A stretch of DNA of 64,000 nucleotides from Phoronis australis (GCA_002633005.1 NMRA01000354.1:310001-374000); one strand, 5' to 3'; counted from the stretch's first letter, positions 26,069 through 39,608 are shown. Notes: generated by a model from the sequence alone, not told the origin. Numbers and translations: made by a program.

Positions 26069-26232
26069 TGTGTGTGTGTGTGGTGTGTGTGGTGTGTGTG
26101 GTGTGTGTGGTGTGTGTGGTGTGTGTGGTNNNNNNNNNNNNNNNNNNNNNNNNNNNNNNNNNNNNNNNNNNNNNNNNNNNNNNNNNNNNNNNNNNNNNNN
26201 NNNNNNNNNNNNNNNNNNNNNNNNNNNNNNNN

Positions 26233-26265
<33 letters not shown>
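26069..26265. repeat. (GT)n/(GTGTGTGGT)n microsatellite spanning an assembly gap (N run 26130-26232)
   Basis: Directly visible. Confidence 0.95.
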
Positions 26266-26267
<2 letters not shown>

Positions 26268-26404
26268 CAAAACACCGAGAGACATAAAGCCAAACAAAGT
26301 AAAACACTAGCTATATTTCGAGACCGCATGTCTAATCATGCCGCCGTTGTGGTCCAGATGGCGTATTTGGTGTCGTCTAATTGGCTATAGTGTTCAGTCC
26401 AGAG

Positions 26405-26770
26405 GCAGATTGTATAAAACAAACCCTGGCGAACAATGGCTACGCCAATGCTTTTGTAGACCGGCGTATTAATCGATTCATGCCCAAAATTAATTGTTAA
26501 TTCACTGCCCGTCCCACCGGTGTGACCAAAACGGTATGTTACAGAAACGTTATGTCCAATAACCACCTCCAGGACGAACGCCCAATTAACAGACTCATCA
26601 GGGATAATGTTAAATTTTGTAAGCCCGATGATTACTTCGATGTCATTGTTTATTATTGGAATATGAAGCCCTCCAACTTCGTCAAGAAAAATAACATTTC
26701 TAAAGCGAAAGCCCGCGCCATTGCCCAGTGTAGTGTTTTTTATGAATTTGCATGCCCGATGAACGAATAG
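26405..26770 (+). mobile_element. Penelope-like retroelement fragment (linker between RT thumb and GIY-YIG domain)
   Basis: KQTLANNGYANAFVDRRINRF, then YRNVMSNNHLQDER..IRDNVK..IVYYWNMKPSNFVKKNN..SVFYEFACP. This pattern is typical of the region before the Penelope GIY-YIG endonuclease. Confidence 0.7.
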
Positions 26771-27753
26771 TCCAAATGAAATAACTAATTTTTCTTAAAG
26801 ATTAAACAATTCACCACTGTTTGGCATCAAAAATACTTATTTAGTTAGATTTAACGGTATTTATTTTACATTTGCTAACTGAAACCTCAAAATTAAGAAA
26901 ATTCATGGTGGAAACTCTTTAAAAACCACAAATAATATAGTCAGCACACCTACCGAGTCTCGAGTTTCACCAGCTCTAACTCGGGTAAAATCAGGTAACA
27001 CGGTCATCAAGTAACTGAGATAAAACAAACGTGCGAGCGAATAACGACCCACGCAGACAAGCTGGAAAGATAAGGCGATGCCAACTAAAAGCTTGGTTTG
27101 GATTGCTGAAATTTCTAAAAATAATAAGGAAATTTTCTACTGAGAAAAACAAAGAACGGATTGATGGCAGACCTCCCTGTAGCCAAAATGAAGCAAGCTA
27201 CTTTTACAATTGAGATCTTTTCTTCGACCCAAACTTGTTTCCTCTGTCGTGTGAAATAATCCTTTTTTCAACGTTTTCCCTAATATTATCTTAAACAACA
27301 AATTCCATGCTCATAAGATGTCACTTTGATGTAAAAAGTCCATGCGACACCCAGGGGGCTCGGGGAGCTCGAACGAGCCCCCATTTGGCGAAGTGGGCAA
27401 AAAAGTCCTTCTCAGAGAAACAAAAAGTCCGAAAAAGTAGAAATGATCCAAAAGTTCACTAAAAAGGCAGGAACTATCAAAATTCGGCGAATACACAATT
27501 CACAGCTCTAAACGTACCCTGTTATTTGTAAAGGTCCACATTTTTCTAGTAAAAGGTCAATATTCTCAAAAATTCGAGCCCACCATTTTTAGGCTGGGTG
27601 CACGCATGAAGTTATTATTTAGCGAATTAAATCTCAATTTTTCTTCCCCGTTAGGCTTACGATTTAGTAACGACCTAATTAAGAGCTTTGTCTACGATTC
27701 AACATGCACTATTTTAAACTTCACTCAGAAACTGGAGAACGTCCAGGCTGAAC

Positions 27754-28347
27754 CTACTTCCGACGACTGTTTTGAGGAGCTTCCTTTTCGACTTCGTCAT
27801 TTGTAAGATAATTGGCAAGACGGGCAACACCATATGCCATTAAGCCAAGAGCTGCAATACCTACGCCTTTAACAGCGGCGTTCTGTACTTGACTGCTTGA
27901 GCTTTGACCATCTTTAACCCAGTTTGCAAAATGTTCACAATTACTGGTGATTACATTATAGCATTCTTCACCGAGTCGTTGTCGAGCTCTTTCGATTCTT
28001 TCAGAGCCAAAAAACAACGAAGGACTGTTGTCCCTGAAGAATCTTAAGTGGAAATCAACTTTTTTCCATTCTTCTCTAATACTTGCCTTGTATGCACCAT
28101 GTACCGATGATATCGCATTTGTCAGGGATTGCAATGCTTCCTGAGAGCTGTTAGAATAGTGTATCAGTTTCAACCAGCATTCGTCCACATCAACCAAAAT
28201 AGCGTGGTGTTCATACCAGCCACCCTTTCCTCTAAATTTTAAGTGATCGCCCGGAGACAGTTTTTTCAAGTCAAAGTAACTGATTTGTTCGTCGTAGCTG
28301 GACATTCCTGATAGAGATTGATTCCGTGAAGGTTCCAAAGCGGCCAA
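27754..28347 (-). CDS. LRAT/PLAAT (HRASLS)-family permuted NlpC/P60 phospholipase/acyltransferase, copy 1
   Basis: PGDHL..YEHHAILV..LIHY..RARQRLGEECYNVITSNCEHFANWVKDG..SSQV, with the His/His/Cys triad and NCEHF motif intact, then a hydrophobic C-terminal segment. Acceptor at 28358; likely ATG at ~28305; candidate 5' UTR exon donor at ~28818. Confidence 0.92.
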   Translation of the reverse strand: MAALEPSRNQSLSGMSSYDEQISYFDLKKLSPGDHLKFRGKGGWYEHHAILVDVDECWLKLIHYSNSSQEALQSLTNAISSVHGAYKASIREEWKKVDFHLRFFRDNSPSLFFGSERIERARQRLGEECYNVITSNCEHFANWVKDGQSSSSQVQNAAVKGVGIAALGLMAYGVARLANYLTNDEVEKEAPQNSRRK

Positions 28348-28956
28348 GCAGTTGAATCTGCAAAAGAAGTAGAATTATGACTTCGTTCACATAACCAAGA
28401 AAATGAACAAAAAACACACAGTGAATGTAGCAAGCTCAGAAGATATCAACGAAATTTTTTCCAATTTTTTTCCGGCACAGCAGTCACATAATGACTGAAG
28501 TCAACCGGAGACATTTTAATGCAACGAATTGCGCCAGGTGCCCTACTTAAAGACATGAGTCACACTTTAAGTTGCTGATTACGCTCACGACAAATATGGC
28601 CTTTGTGGCGTTTACATAATATGTTAGTACACCGTGATAAAACAATAACTTCGTAAGCCAATACTAACGTGCACTATCCTACTGAGATCCGGTCAGAATA
28701 TTTCCTGCACATACGCTATTTTCAGGCAGAAGTCAAAAATCCAAGCGACCATTTCTACTGTTAAAACCGGAATGAATTTTTCTTGGTTCTCTTCCAAATT
28801 AGCTTTATACAGACTCACGAAATGTCGTGGACTTTTACAACATGTTGTTTGGCAGTTAGGTAATGAAAAATTTCATGCATGTCGCACTGTGAACAGAGTG
28901 GCTTCAGTAACCAAAATATTTTGAAGCCCGAATGTTTCAACTGAACTGCTACTTCT

Positions 28957-29197
28957 CAGTGGCAGATCTACGTTTTCAGTAAGCGGGGGTTTAGGATTCG
29001 CGCAAATCCGAGGCGCGAAGGGCCGAGTGGGGATCGGTCCAGAGGGGGTTTCCTCCTTCCCGTGCAAGATTTGTCTTTGTTTTTCTTTTGTAGCTGATTT
29101 CGTTTTCCTGGCCAGGTTTTTTTATTTTCCTTTTTGATACTGTCCCGGGGGGGCGGGGTTAAACCCCCAGACGGCCCTTCCTGTAGATTCGCCTCTA
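28957..29197. mobile_element. Small GC-rich MITE-like element
   Basis: Imperfect TIRs CAGTGGCAGATCTA ... TAGATTCGCCTCTA; no clear TSD. Confidence 0.45.
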
Positions 29198-29567
29198 TTT
29201 TTATGGAATTCAACCATGGAATTATTCAACATAGTCCGACCATTTTGCTTTGTTTGTGCTATAAAATGGGAAAGTCAAGTCATTGGGCCTGATCACTCAG
29301 TAGCAATAGCTCAGAAATCAATCATAACAAAGCCCAGACACAAAAACAACGGCCGTCACAAACCATATCGGCTGTTCACAACCTTGACGTACTAGGCGGT
29401 AGCAAATAAAGCTTTGAAATTCATAATTAAGAAAGCAGGTGACAGTGATGAACCGTAACATTCAATGTAGTCCTACAGCAACTCTAACGTAATCTAGTGT
29501 TGCCCTTGTCATAGGCTTTCAAGCAGTTTTCTGCAAAAAAGTAGGGAAAAAGTGGGACACATTTTCA

Positions 29568-31104
29568 AACAAGAGCAACGCAGAGCGTTTAAATGCGCCC
29601 ACAATTGCATCGTATACGGTATCCTTCTAGGGTTGTTTATAGGTACCATAAAGTGGCCAGTAGAGGGCATATATGTAGTATGTTGTACTTTGCAAAATGG
29701 AAAGGCATAGTCATTGTCTCCTCAATAGGCTAGGTTTCAAAATGTGAGTGATCTTCATAATACAAGCACATCCTATGCATCAGTTGCTTAAAGCACCACA
29801 GACACATAGAATTAAAAACAAATTTACCAACATACGAGATTAGCACAGCATTAGAATGCCAGAAACAAATTTCTACTTGGAACTTTTCCTTCATAGTCAC
29901 GACGTAACACAAAGTATACACCTGAAGACCTATGAAAATACAGAGGTCAATGTGAAATATTTAAATTGCCACTAGAGGCATACCGGTAGTCAGAATCATC
30001 CTAAAGTCGTCATCGTCCGTTGTCAACATCACATAAATACACTTGCTAAATTTAGTAAAGATCCTGCAAACGGTTTGGGAGATACAGCCATGGGCGCAAA
30101 AAAACAAAACTGCCACTAGGAGGCGCCACAGTAGTCCAAATCGTCTGAAAATCATTGTCAGCTGTCTTCCTTATAGTAAGCACATACACGCCAATTTTCA
30201 CAATCATCCTTTGAGCGGTTTGGTTGATAGAGGGGTGGACGCAAAAATACAGACTCGAAAACAGTAAAAATGGCCACTAGGTGGCGCAAACTACGTCGAA
30301 TCCATCTGAAAACAGTAGGATAGCGTCATCTCACTAATAGGTGCCTACATACCAAATTTCATGAAAATCCGTTCAATACTTTTGAAGATACAAAGGTAAG
30401 CGTAAAAAACTAAAATTGCCACTAGGGGGCACACCGGTAGTCGGATCCGACCAAAAGTCGTCATCTTCCGTTGTTAACATCATATAAATATACTTACACA
30501 ATTTGTAAAGATCCTGCGAACGGTATAGGAGATACAGCCATAGGCGAAAAAAAACAAAACTGCCACTAGGAGGCGCCACAGTAGTCGAAATCGTCGGAAA
30601 ATCATCGTCAACCATCCTCTACATAGTAAGCATATACATGCCAATTTTCACAATCATCCTTTGAGCGGTTTGGTTGATAGAGGGGTTGACGCACAAAAAC
30701 ACACTCGAAAACACTAAAAATGGCCACTAGGTGGCGCAAACTATGTCGAATCCATCTGAAAACGGGAGGATAGCGTCATCTCACTAATAAGTGCCTACAT
30801 ACCAAATTTCATGAAAATCCGTTCTGGACTTTTGAAGATACAAAGGTAAGCGTAAAACACTAAAATTGCCACTAGGGGGCACACCGGTAGTCGGATCCAT
30901 CCGAAAGTTCGCACATGCCGTCCCATTTATGAATGGAACATATGTGCCAAATTTCATGAACATATGTCCAAGGGTTTTGGAGATAGAGCAGCGGACGCCG
31001 GACGCCGGACGCCGGACGCCGTACGCCGGACGGACGCCGCCCGTACGGACGGACGGAGATGACGGCATAATGCGTCCACATATAAATATGTGGGCGCATA
31101 AAAA
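29568..31104 (-). mobile_element. Helentron-associated non-autonomous element (HINE/DINE-1-like) with internal tandem repeat
   Basis: Subterminal inverted repeats ATGCGCCCACA (29593) / TGTGGGCGCAT (31089), stem-loop 31070-31099, (CGGA/CGGACGC)n microsatellite ~30991-31056, short hairpin near 29577-29590, A/T-run ends, and an internal 450-bp repeat. Confidence 0.75.
29962..30960. repeat. 450-bp tandem repeat (~2.2 copies) built from three ~150-bp related monomers
   Basis: CCACTAG anchors at 29969/30419/30869, 30113/30563 and 30274/30724. Confidence 0.92.
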
Positions 31105-31227
31105 GTAGGAAAAAGTAGGAACTGTGAAGTGAAAAGTAGGAACAAGAGCAGGCATTCAGGAGTAGTTTTCATCGATACTTACCGATGACGTTCACCTCAT
31201 CGACATGTAACAGGCAGTTTTCACCAT

Positions 31228-34081
31228 TAGTTGAAGAGCCAACAGGACCTTATTCACACTTTGAGTGAAAAAGCTTTTACTGAGTAATTCTATTACACAT
31301 CACCTACCATTGAAGGAAAGGGGCTTTGGTCCCTGGGAGGACCCAAAATCCATTTAATTAAAATCCTGAGTGCAACATCCGTTTTAAGTTTATTTTCATT
31401 GAAATCACCACTCAAATTAAAATGATGCAACTTAAAAAAGGAAATGCCTAGAGTTATTAACTAAAAGGCTTACTAATTAACGGCCAATTAACGATTTAAT
31501 TAAAATTTTAGGTGCAACAAAGTCTTTTTCCAAAAGATAGCTTAGACATCATATCCTCAAGTTGACGCGTTTTTTCCTGGCGTTTGGAGATAAGGTGGGG
31601 GTGTTTGGATCCCAAGGGATAAGAAGACCCTTAAAAATGGACTAATAAAAGAGGATACTAAATTTTTGATTACTACTATGGTTAACACATTATTTCAAAT
31701 GAACAAAAATGCAAGTTATGACCGGAAAATTTCTTGTGTAATTTATAAAGACACTTGTTAATTAACGAACAATTAACGATTTCTTTAAGCTTTTAAAGTC
31801 AACAAAAATCTTGTAATTCTGAGCACCATATCCACACCTTAGGACTGGATTTTACCTGGGGTTTGCAGATAAGACGTGGGTGTTTTGATCCGAAGGAATA
31901 AGAAGACCCCAAAACTGAACTTGTATAAAGGATGAAATACGACAATTTTGATTACTACTATGGATAAAACATATTATTTCAAATATATCTGACGACATGA
32001 CCAATTTACTCTCAAATACAACAAAAATGGATCAAAACGTATTAAGTTAAGAAACATCTGGGGTAATTAAATAAGCTGGCTTCAAATTAAAGCTGAGCTG
32101 CTTGAGACATATCTAGTGGCAACAACTGTGATGCATGACATAGTTTATTGTTCCATGTGTTAAAACTGAAATGCAAAAGGCAATAATAATTAACTCTGCT
32201 GTAATTTAACTGCAAATATCTAAGTCGTGATTGTCGTCACTCTCTTCATCAGATGATTCCATTTTTTTAGTAGAGGATCACGATATTCGTCTTCATTGCT
32301 GTCCATATCATCATCTCTCTCACCATCGCCATCATTATCGTCTGGCTCCATTTCGACTTAAACCTCTGGAATAAGCGCAATGGGCATCTGTTCTCCACTG
32401 AATCAAATGATGCGAAATTCGTGGTCAACATTTCATAACCATTGGTGGGTATTATGTCCAAGATTTGGAAGTTAGCCCAACCCCATAGTCAAGGAACAAA
32501 TGTGGTAGTTCAGCTTCACACGGTGGAATGCTACTGCCCTCCATGCTTTTAAGCTTCTCAAAAGGGTGATTAGCGTTGACTTTCGTTCGTAGGTTTTGTC
32601 AACTATGTTGAACCAGTGCTTGTAGAGTTTGACAAGTTTCCTTTGCTCCGCACAACACACAAACAAAATCCGGCCAGATTTTGATGACTTTTTCTGTTGG
32701 GACTTCACGGCTCACTGAAGCAAAAGCTCTCTGGAACTTATCACTTTTTGCCACGATTGCATATGGTCAATTCCTTCCTTTCCTCACAAATGCACGGGAA
32801 TAGTCATATCCAGTGGACGCGTGTAGGTCGAGACTGAGTGCAGCACAGATAGCTTGGCTTATCACAGTATCAATCTTAGTTAAGTTCAAAGAACGAAGAT
32901 CAACTTTTCTTATAGTCCCAACCTCCATCCACACCGTGGATGTAACTCAATGGACATAGTGTAGGAGCAAAACTGGAATGTCGGTGTCAGAAGCTCTTAT
33001 GACCATGTCGCCAGTTGTGGACTTGTCTGCCTCACTCATGTGAAGGATGACTCTGGTGTCGGCTTCCGAGTGATTACAATTTGGTGATGGAACTGATTCT
33101 GTGCATACTCCTCCGTCTTCAATAAAGTCACCGAATGCACTCTCCCATCACCCGGGCCGATATACACCTCCCCTCCATCTAGAAGTGGACTGTAGAAGTT
33201 GCTCGACCAATCCTTGGTGAGTAAGACAGGTAGCTCTAGTTTGAATGACTCCCTCTCGAGTTGTTTCGTGAAGCTTGAGTCTCATATCTGTTAAGATCCT
33301 TCAAAAACAAGTTCCCACCTACAACAGGGTCTTAGTGTCCCTCGGGGTACAAACACCCCCTGTCTTACCTACTAACCCCAGGAAAAATTGCAAACGGGGT
33401 CTTGTCCCTCGGGGTACAAACACCCCCCTTTGTATTATCAACTAAACCCGGGAAAATTGCGTATTCAGATGTGGTTATGGTGTCCAAGGTTGCTAAATTA
33501 TCTTCTTTTTTGTTGCACTTCGGGCTTAAATAAATTGTTAATTGGTTGTTAATTAATTTGCCTTAATTAATAACTAGGATTTTTTATGTCTTACGTTGTA
33601 TTTTTGTTCATTTCAAATGTTTTATCCATAGCAGAAATCAAGTTCATTTTTGGGGGTCTTGTTATTCCTTAGGGTCCAAACACCCTGTCTTACCTGCAAA
33701 ATCCATGAAAAATCACATCTTAAGTTGTGGACATGGTGTTCTGAGTTACTAAACTATCTTTTGGAAAAAGTTTTTGTTAAACTTATAAATAGTGAATAGG
33801 TCATTAATTAGTAGGCGTTTTAATCAATAACCTCAGTCTTAAGTTTCATCATTTTTTATATTTGAGTGGTGAATGAAATAAACTTGAAACGGATGTTGCA
33901 CTCGAAATTTTAATGAAATGGATGATTGGGCCCTCTTTTGTACCCCCCAGGGACCAAAGCCCAGGATTAAGATGCCCTTTCTTTCAACTGTTATTCAATG
34001 GTAGGTATTTTACAATAGAATTACGCACTCAAACCTTTTGTACTCAAAAATGTGAATGAAGTCCTATTGGCTCTCCAACTA
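31228..34081 (-). mobile_element. Academ(X)-like DNA transposon deletion derivative: long TIRs plus decayed XPG/FEN-like nuclease region
   Basis: Termini TAGTTGAAGAGCCAA ... TTGGCTCTCCAACTA with ~700-bp diverged inverted arms. Internal minus-strand remnants read HSEADTRVILH..VIRASDTDIPVLLLH, LHASTGYDYSRAFVRKG, IPPCEAEL and an acidic tail, with stops and frameshifts. Confidence 0.75.
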
Positions 34082-34631
34082 CACAGTCTTTTGGTAGCAT
34101 TGTTTGTGCTTGAGGTCCTTCGTGTGCTGCTTCTGATAAGCTTAAAACGACCACTCACTCCTCCAAAAGCATACCTTAAACCGAAATAGAGCAATGAGAA
34201 AAAAAGTAGGAAAAAGTAGGAAATATTAGGAATTTCAGAAAAGAGTAGGATAAAGTAGGAACAGGCCAAAAAGTAGGAAAAAGTAGGAAGGTTTGATGAG
34301 CCTGTCTTTAGGGAAAAGTTACTGGTTTCGTTTCACTTAAGAATGCGCCTCTGTGTACGTCAAGCTGCCAAGCCACGGAATCAGGAGCTATGCCTATTTC
34401 AAACTTTGTTGGCATTACTTAAACAGAAAATGAAGTGTCGAAATATACATTCCCTCGCTATGCAGGATCAGGACCACCACTTCACACTCACCTTTTCGTG
34501 AAATCTACAACATATGAGAAGATACTCAAAAAATTATGTTCGCCTCCCGAGCGTTTTCCCTCAACCGTAAACCAACCCTTTCGTTATGCAAATACGTGGC
34601 AACTCTTAGTCAGTTGACCTTTGCCAGGGTT

Positions 34632-36137
34632 CCTTATCAGTCATAATAAATGACCTTATATCGCCTATACACGGTCTCCTTTGTATCTCTGGTAACGGAG
34701 CTTGCGACGCACCTATTATTTTCGGGACATATTCCGAGCATAATATTTATGCGAGAATATGGACTCGTCCCTCTTATACCCCCATCTGTCGGACTGGTCC
34801 AATAACCCCTTGTGTAGATTCGCATGCGGTCCTCCTGCAGAATGGTGAATGTTGGCCAAATCCCCTTTTGTCCACTGACGTCATAAGCATGCTGGCGCCC
34901 CCCAATGGAGGTTAGGAGACTTTGCACTGGTAGCCTGCCCTTGTAGAATCTGCAGTTCGTTTACACAAGTAGACCGGGATCCCAGAGCTATTTTGGGCAT
35001 GAAAAGGTAACCAATTTTCTTTGCTGCCACAGTGCTCTATGGGTATCCTGATGCTTGGAAATGGCCGTCTGGCAGGTTCACTTTGGTGGGTGTGGTCAGG
35101 GGAGCCAAGAGAATGGCACTCGNTGAATGGAATTATTTTCGGATTTTTAGGCAAACCTTTCGCAAATGCGACTCGCCGACTTAGAATGAACAAAACATAC
35201 CATTTTGGTCGACATAACTTTCAATATTTTAATATGAAAAACAGAATAACCGAATGCTCGGCCACATTCAACTCACAGGCAGCAGACGTCTTATCACTGC
35301 CGTAAATCATGAGAAGCTCAAACGTAAGTTTTACATAACCTCTGCATACTTAAGTATCGTGGCCATTCGTAGTAGGCCCCAGTACCCGCGGACGCAGGAC
35401 TCAGTTCATACACTCAACCGAGCAAAATTATTTATCATGCCGCAACCTCAGAATTCACTATGTAACATACCACAAAAGCATTCTTAATTCTTAGATTTTG
35501 AGGATTGACGAAAGTCACGATACATAGAATTATCCGCAAATCTGTGACTTGTCTGATGCTACTTGGTCCGTATTGATAGACTAAATCAGTGTTTAACTCG
35601 GTTTACGAGTTCTCATGGCCTCCACTGGGGGCGCCAGCATGCGTGTGACGTCAGTGGACAAAAGGGGATTTGGCCAACATTCACCATTCTGCATTTCGCG
35701 GTCCTCCTGCACTCAAGGCACTAGGACATTCCATTTCCAGCCTCACTATTGGTTCGTTTGTATTACTGCCACGAGTTTGGTCAGCTCCTGGCTCCCATAG
35801 ACTGATGATTGTCACGTGTCATAGGGCTCCTTTGTTCTCAAGAAAGTTATATTTCCTGCCATCTGTAGTTCGCTTTGCAGCACTTAGGTTCGAGCTAATC
35901 TCTCTTCATTTTTCCCACCCTCTACCACCCTCTACTTTGGGTAGTTCCTCTTACCTGAGTGCTGGCGCTTTTTATTGCCCATCTTTCCAGAGATTATTAT
36001 TTTATCTTTATGTTATTTGTACACTCATATTTCTGTACCTTATCAGCCATAATAAATTACCTTATATCGCCTATACACGGTCTTTTTTGTATCTCTGGAA
36101 ACGGAGCTTGCGACGCACCTATTATTTTCAGGACATA
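34632..36137. repeat. A-B-B'-A repeat arrangement: ~100-bp direct repeats enclosing ~75-bp inverted repeats
   Basis: A at 34632-34731 and 36038-36137; B at 34836-34911, with an inverted copy at 35619-35693. Confidence 0.85.
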
Positions 36138-39100
36138 AAACCCTTGTTTTCGATATAATATATTACTGCGCATGCCCAACATTCGCTTCCCATCAACCGC
36201 GGGAAATATTGCTTTGCAGTCGAGGTTTGTGAGTCCTCCAGGTAGGTGTTTTTCTTCGAGTTCTTGGTCGATTTTTGGTTTCGTGTCTGTTGCTATGGCT
36301 AAGCGAAAGTATACTGTGTATGACGTGAAGAGGTTCTTGGACGTTGGTATTGATCCACCATCTCTCAAAAATGACAGGACAGCCTTAGTTCGGGTCATAC
36401 TGCAAGAGTTTTGTTTGGCTTTGGGTAAGTTGTGATGACCTTTCACTTTTTATTATAGTCATGTTAACGGTTAATGCTTTTTAAGTTTTAATTTGGTTTC
36501 TTTATGTAATGATTAGATTACAGTATTTAACCACATTTGTCTCTTTATCAGGTGTCTGCTGCTAGCATTTCGATTGCCAGCTTTTCATTTCTCTCTACTC
36601 AGGGGATGGTCAACAGTCATTTGCTGGTTTACCTGCTCGTTATAGGGCACATTACATCAAAATATGCAAGATATTAGGTAAGTAGGCTTTAGTAAGGTGG
36701 GGGTAGGGGTGGTGTGCTCGTTGATTTCGTGTGAATTTCATTCAGGAAGTCTTTGAATTTATAGTCCGTATAACCTATCGTCGTCAGGCTCCAAAGGTCG
36801 TCCGCCATCTTGTTTCGCGTGCAGCGCAACCACGCGGGACTTAGCGTTCCAATTTGGAGTGCTCGTCTGCACGTTAGGTACAAACATCTCGGGAGAAACA
36901 CGCATGGAAGAACTGAGACTAAAATTAGTGCATTTACCGACTGTTTTTTTTAGACCACTTAAAAACTTGTCGATTTTACTAATGCACTTTTTTGTTCATT
37001 TTCAGAAGATATTTTCGAAATTAAATTTTCTTCAGACGGAACAAAAAGCAACTCAGGGATTGTCTATGCAATGTATCTATTTGTCCCAGGCACTAACCGA
37101 CACCTTTTAGGCCAAAGGAAAAACGCAGCAGACAAATGGAACACGCTGGGTGCTTAACAGTTTCGACCCACGCCTTGGTCATCAAAACATTGTCCACTTG
37201 TTTTTTATTGCAAAACACAGTACTGAGCTCGACATTTATGTTGACATTTTTGATTAAAGCATTTTGAATTTATTTGAAGAAAATTAAAATACTTGAATTG
37301 ATAGAGAATGGCCACCAATAAAGTAAAACATTGACTTTATTTCACTATATTGCATTGTTACATACAACACAGCATGACATAATCAAAAATAAAAGAAGAG
37401 ATTGAGCAATAAAATTCAAATGCGACTTGGGTATTTATTTATTTATTTATGATTGCATAAGCCTGTTAAAGATGAGAAAAAATCAAACAATACGATTATG
37501 GGTAATTTATTAGAACAATTGTATTGAGGTTCAATGATCAACTTGCGCCGACAAAGTCTCAAAGGGTTATAGTTCTGTTCTGGCTGACAAGGTGTTAACA
37601 GAGAATGAAGAGAAACTGAAAAGAAAAAGTAAGACAGCAAAGATAAGTGGTGTTAAGTACAACAAGAGCAAAAAGTCAAATAAAGAGGTCACAAACAGAA
37701 ATAAGTAAGGTATATCTGGAATAAAACAATCCAGGGCTCAGCCGTGATTTATTTTCCAGAACTGAAATTCTAAATCAATTTTAATCGATTTAAAAATCGA
37801 TATCATACTAGTAAAGCAGTTTGTGGCTGAAGTAGAATTGCTGTATACCACTTTCCACTATTTTCTTGGCCTTTTTCTGTGTGGTTTGCTGTTCTTTCAA
37901 AAGGCGGCAGCATATGACGACCATAGGTGTCATTATAAAATGGCTGCCGAAAAGCAATGCACAGTTGAACAACTCGGCATAAGTAAAAGAAAACGTTTGA
38001 ATCAACGAATGCTATATATTTGTGAGAGTTAAATCAAATCCTATTCAGATCATAACTTTGAAGTGGAATGATTGGGTGAGTACGACAACAAGCCGGTTTT
38101 ATGCTTAGGCGGACGACCATTGGGTTCCCGAGTATACTACCTTCATCTTCATGTTATCAACATAGCCGTTGGTACTGGTCAATGATTCTTGACAACCAAT
38201 GCAGTAGTACATGCTCTTGGTTTAAGAAACGAGAGTATTTTTGAGAGCATGTGTGTTTTTGTGTATTTTAGCTTTGTATATACTACAGTTGACGAATGCA
38301 TTTTCATAACTATGTACCCTGAGTAAGAAATTGTTTCATTGAACACCCAGATCTTTTCACTGCTGCAAGTGCAGTCTACCAATCAAACACTTTAAAGAAT
38401 TGTGGAAGTTGGTGGTCAAATCACTATACGTATGAAACTGTTTAAAAGCCAAATTTAAGTAAGTGAGAAATTAACCAAATGAACATATAAATTGACACGC
38501 TGAAAAGGTGTGAATTTTTTACTATGCTTGAAGCGTATTAAAAGTCTTCAGATGTATTGTCCAAATTACTGAAATGCATTTTTCATGGTGTGCAAGTCTG
38601 GTTATGCAATGACAAGTTTAGGGCGGTTGGTTGTCTAATATAGCTTATGTGTGAGTGGTCAGAAAGAATGGCTTCGACTCATCATTTATCAATACTTGAA
38701 CTCTGTGCTAGTGTAACATTGGCAGACAATTTGAATAGATATTAAGCAACCATTTTATTCCCTGTTTTGTTCACTCAGATTAATCACGCAATTTAGTTAG
38801 AGGAATGATCGCCCAATCACTTCACTGCTAATTTCATGTGAGGTGATCTGGTCATGAGAAAAAAACTTCATACTCAGGTTTCTTTGCAGGGGCCCCAGCT
38901 CCACAAGAACCCAACTCTGCAGTCATCTTTGTATGCTAAGGACACCAAGATAGCATAGGAGGTCTCACGATTCCATCACCAATTCAGCTTCTCGTCATTT
39001 TCATGTTGTCTCATCATTTTGTCACTGGTAAGAACTCAAATTCCAAATTCATCCTCTTTAAAATGATCAGAGTTGATGTTCACAACTAGTTGTAATATTT

Positions 39101-39608
39101 CATGAATTTTTCATTTACATTGACTTCTACATCAACATATGTACAGGCGAGGTCCAGATATCTTGGCCACTGTTATGCGCAACACTAAGCCAGAGGTGTC
39201 TGAACTGAATTACGGTCAGCGATATTCATTGTAATTGTATTTATATTTGGAAATAATGCAATGCATCCGACTAGAGTACAATTTTTCTGGTTGTAATGAC
39301 GTCATTAGGGAGGGGTATATCATGATAGCGCGTGGGGGAGGAGTTTAAAAGTGGTGACTTTGTTGTTCATTCTAATTATCTATAATTTCCAGGCATTGAA
39401 GAAAAGCCAGCTTGAAAAGACTATGATGGACAGAATGTATTCCAACGTGACGTTTTTTACTGACGGTTACTTTGATCCTATGTTGCTAAGTTCTGTAGTG
39501 AACTCTGAGCTGTTGTTTTGGTTAGAAAAAGTAAATTTGCATCAAATATTTATTTTGGCTATCATGCATAATCGAGTTACTGATCAATCTATTTATATCT
39601 CATGACTT

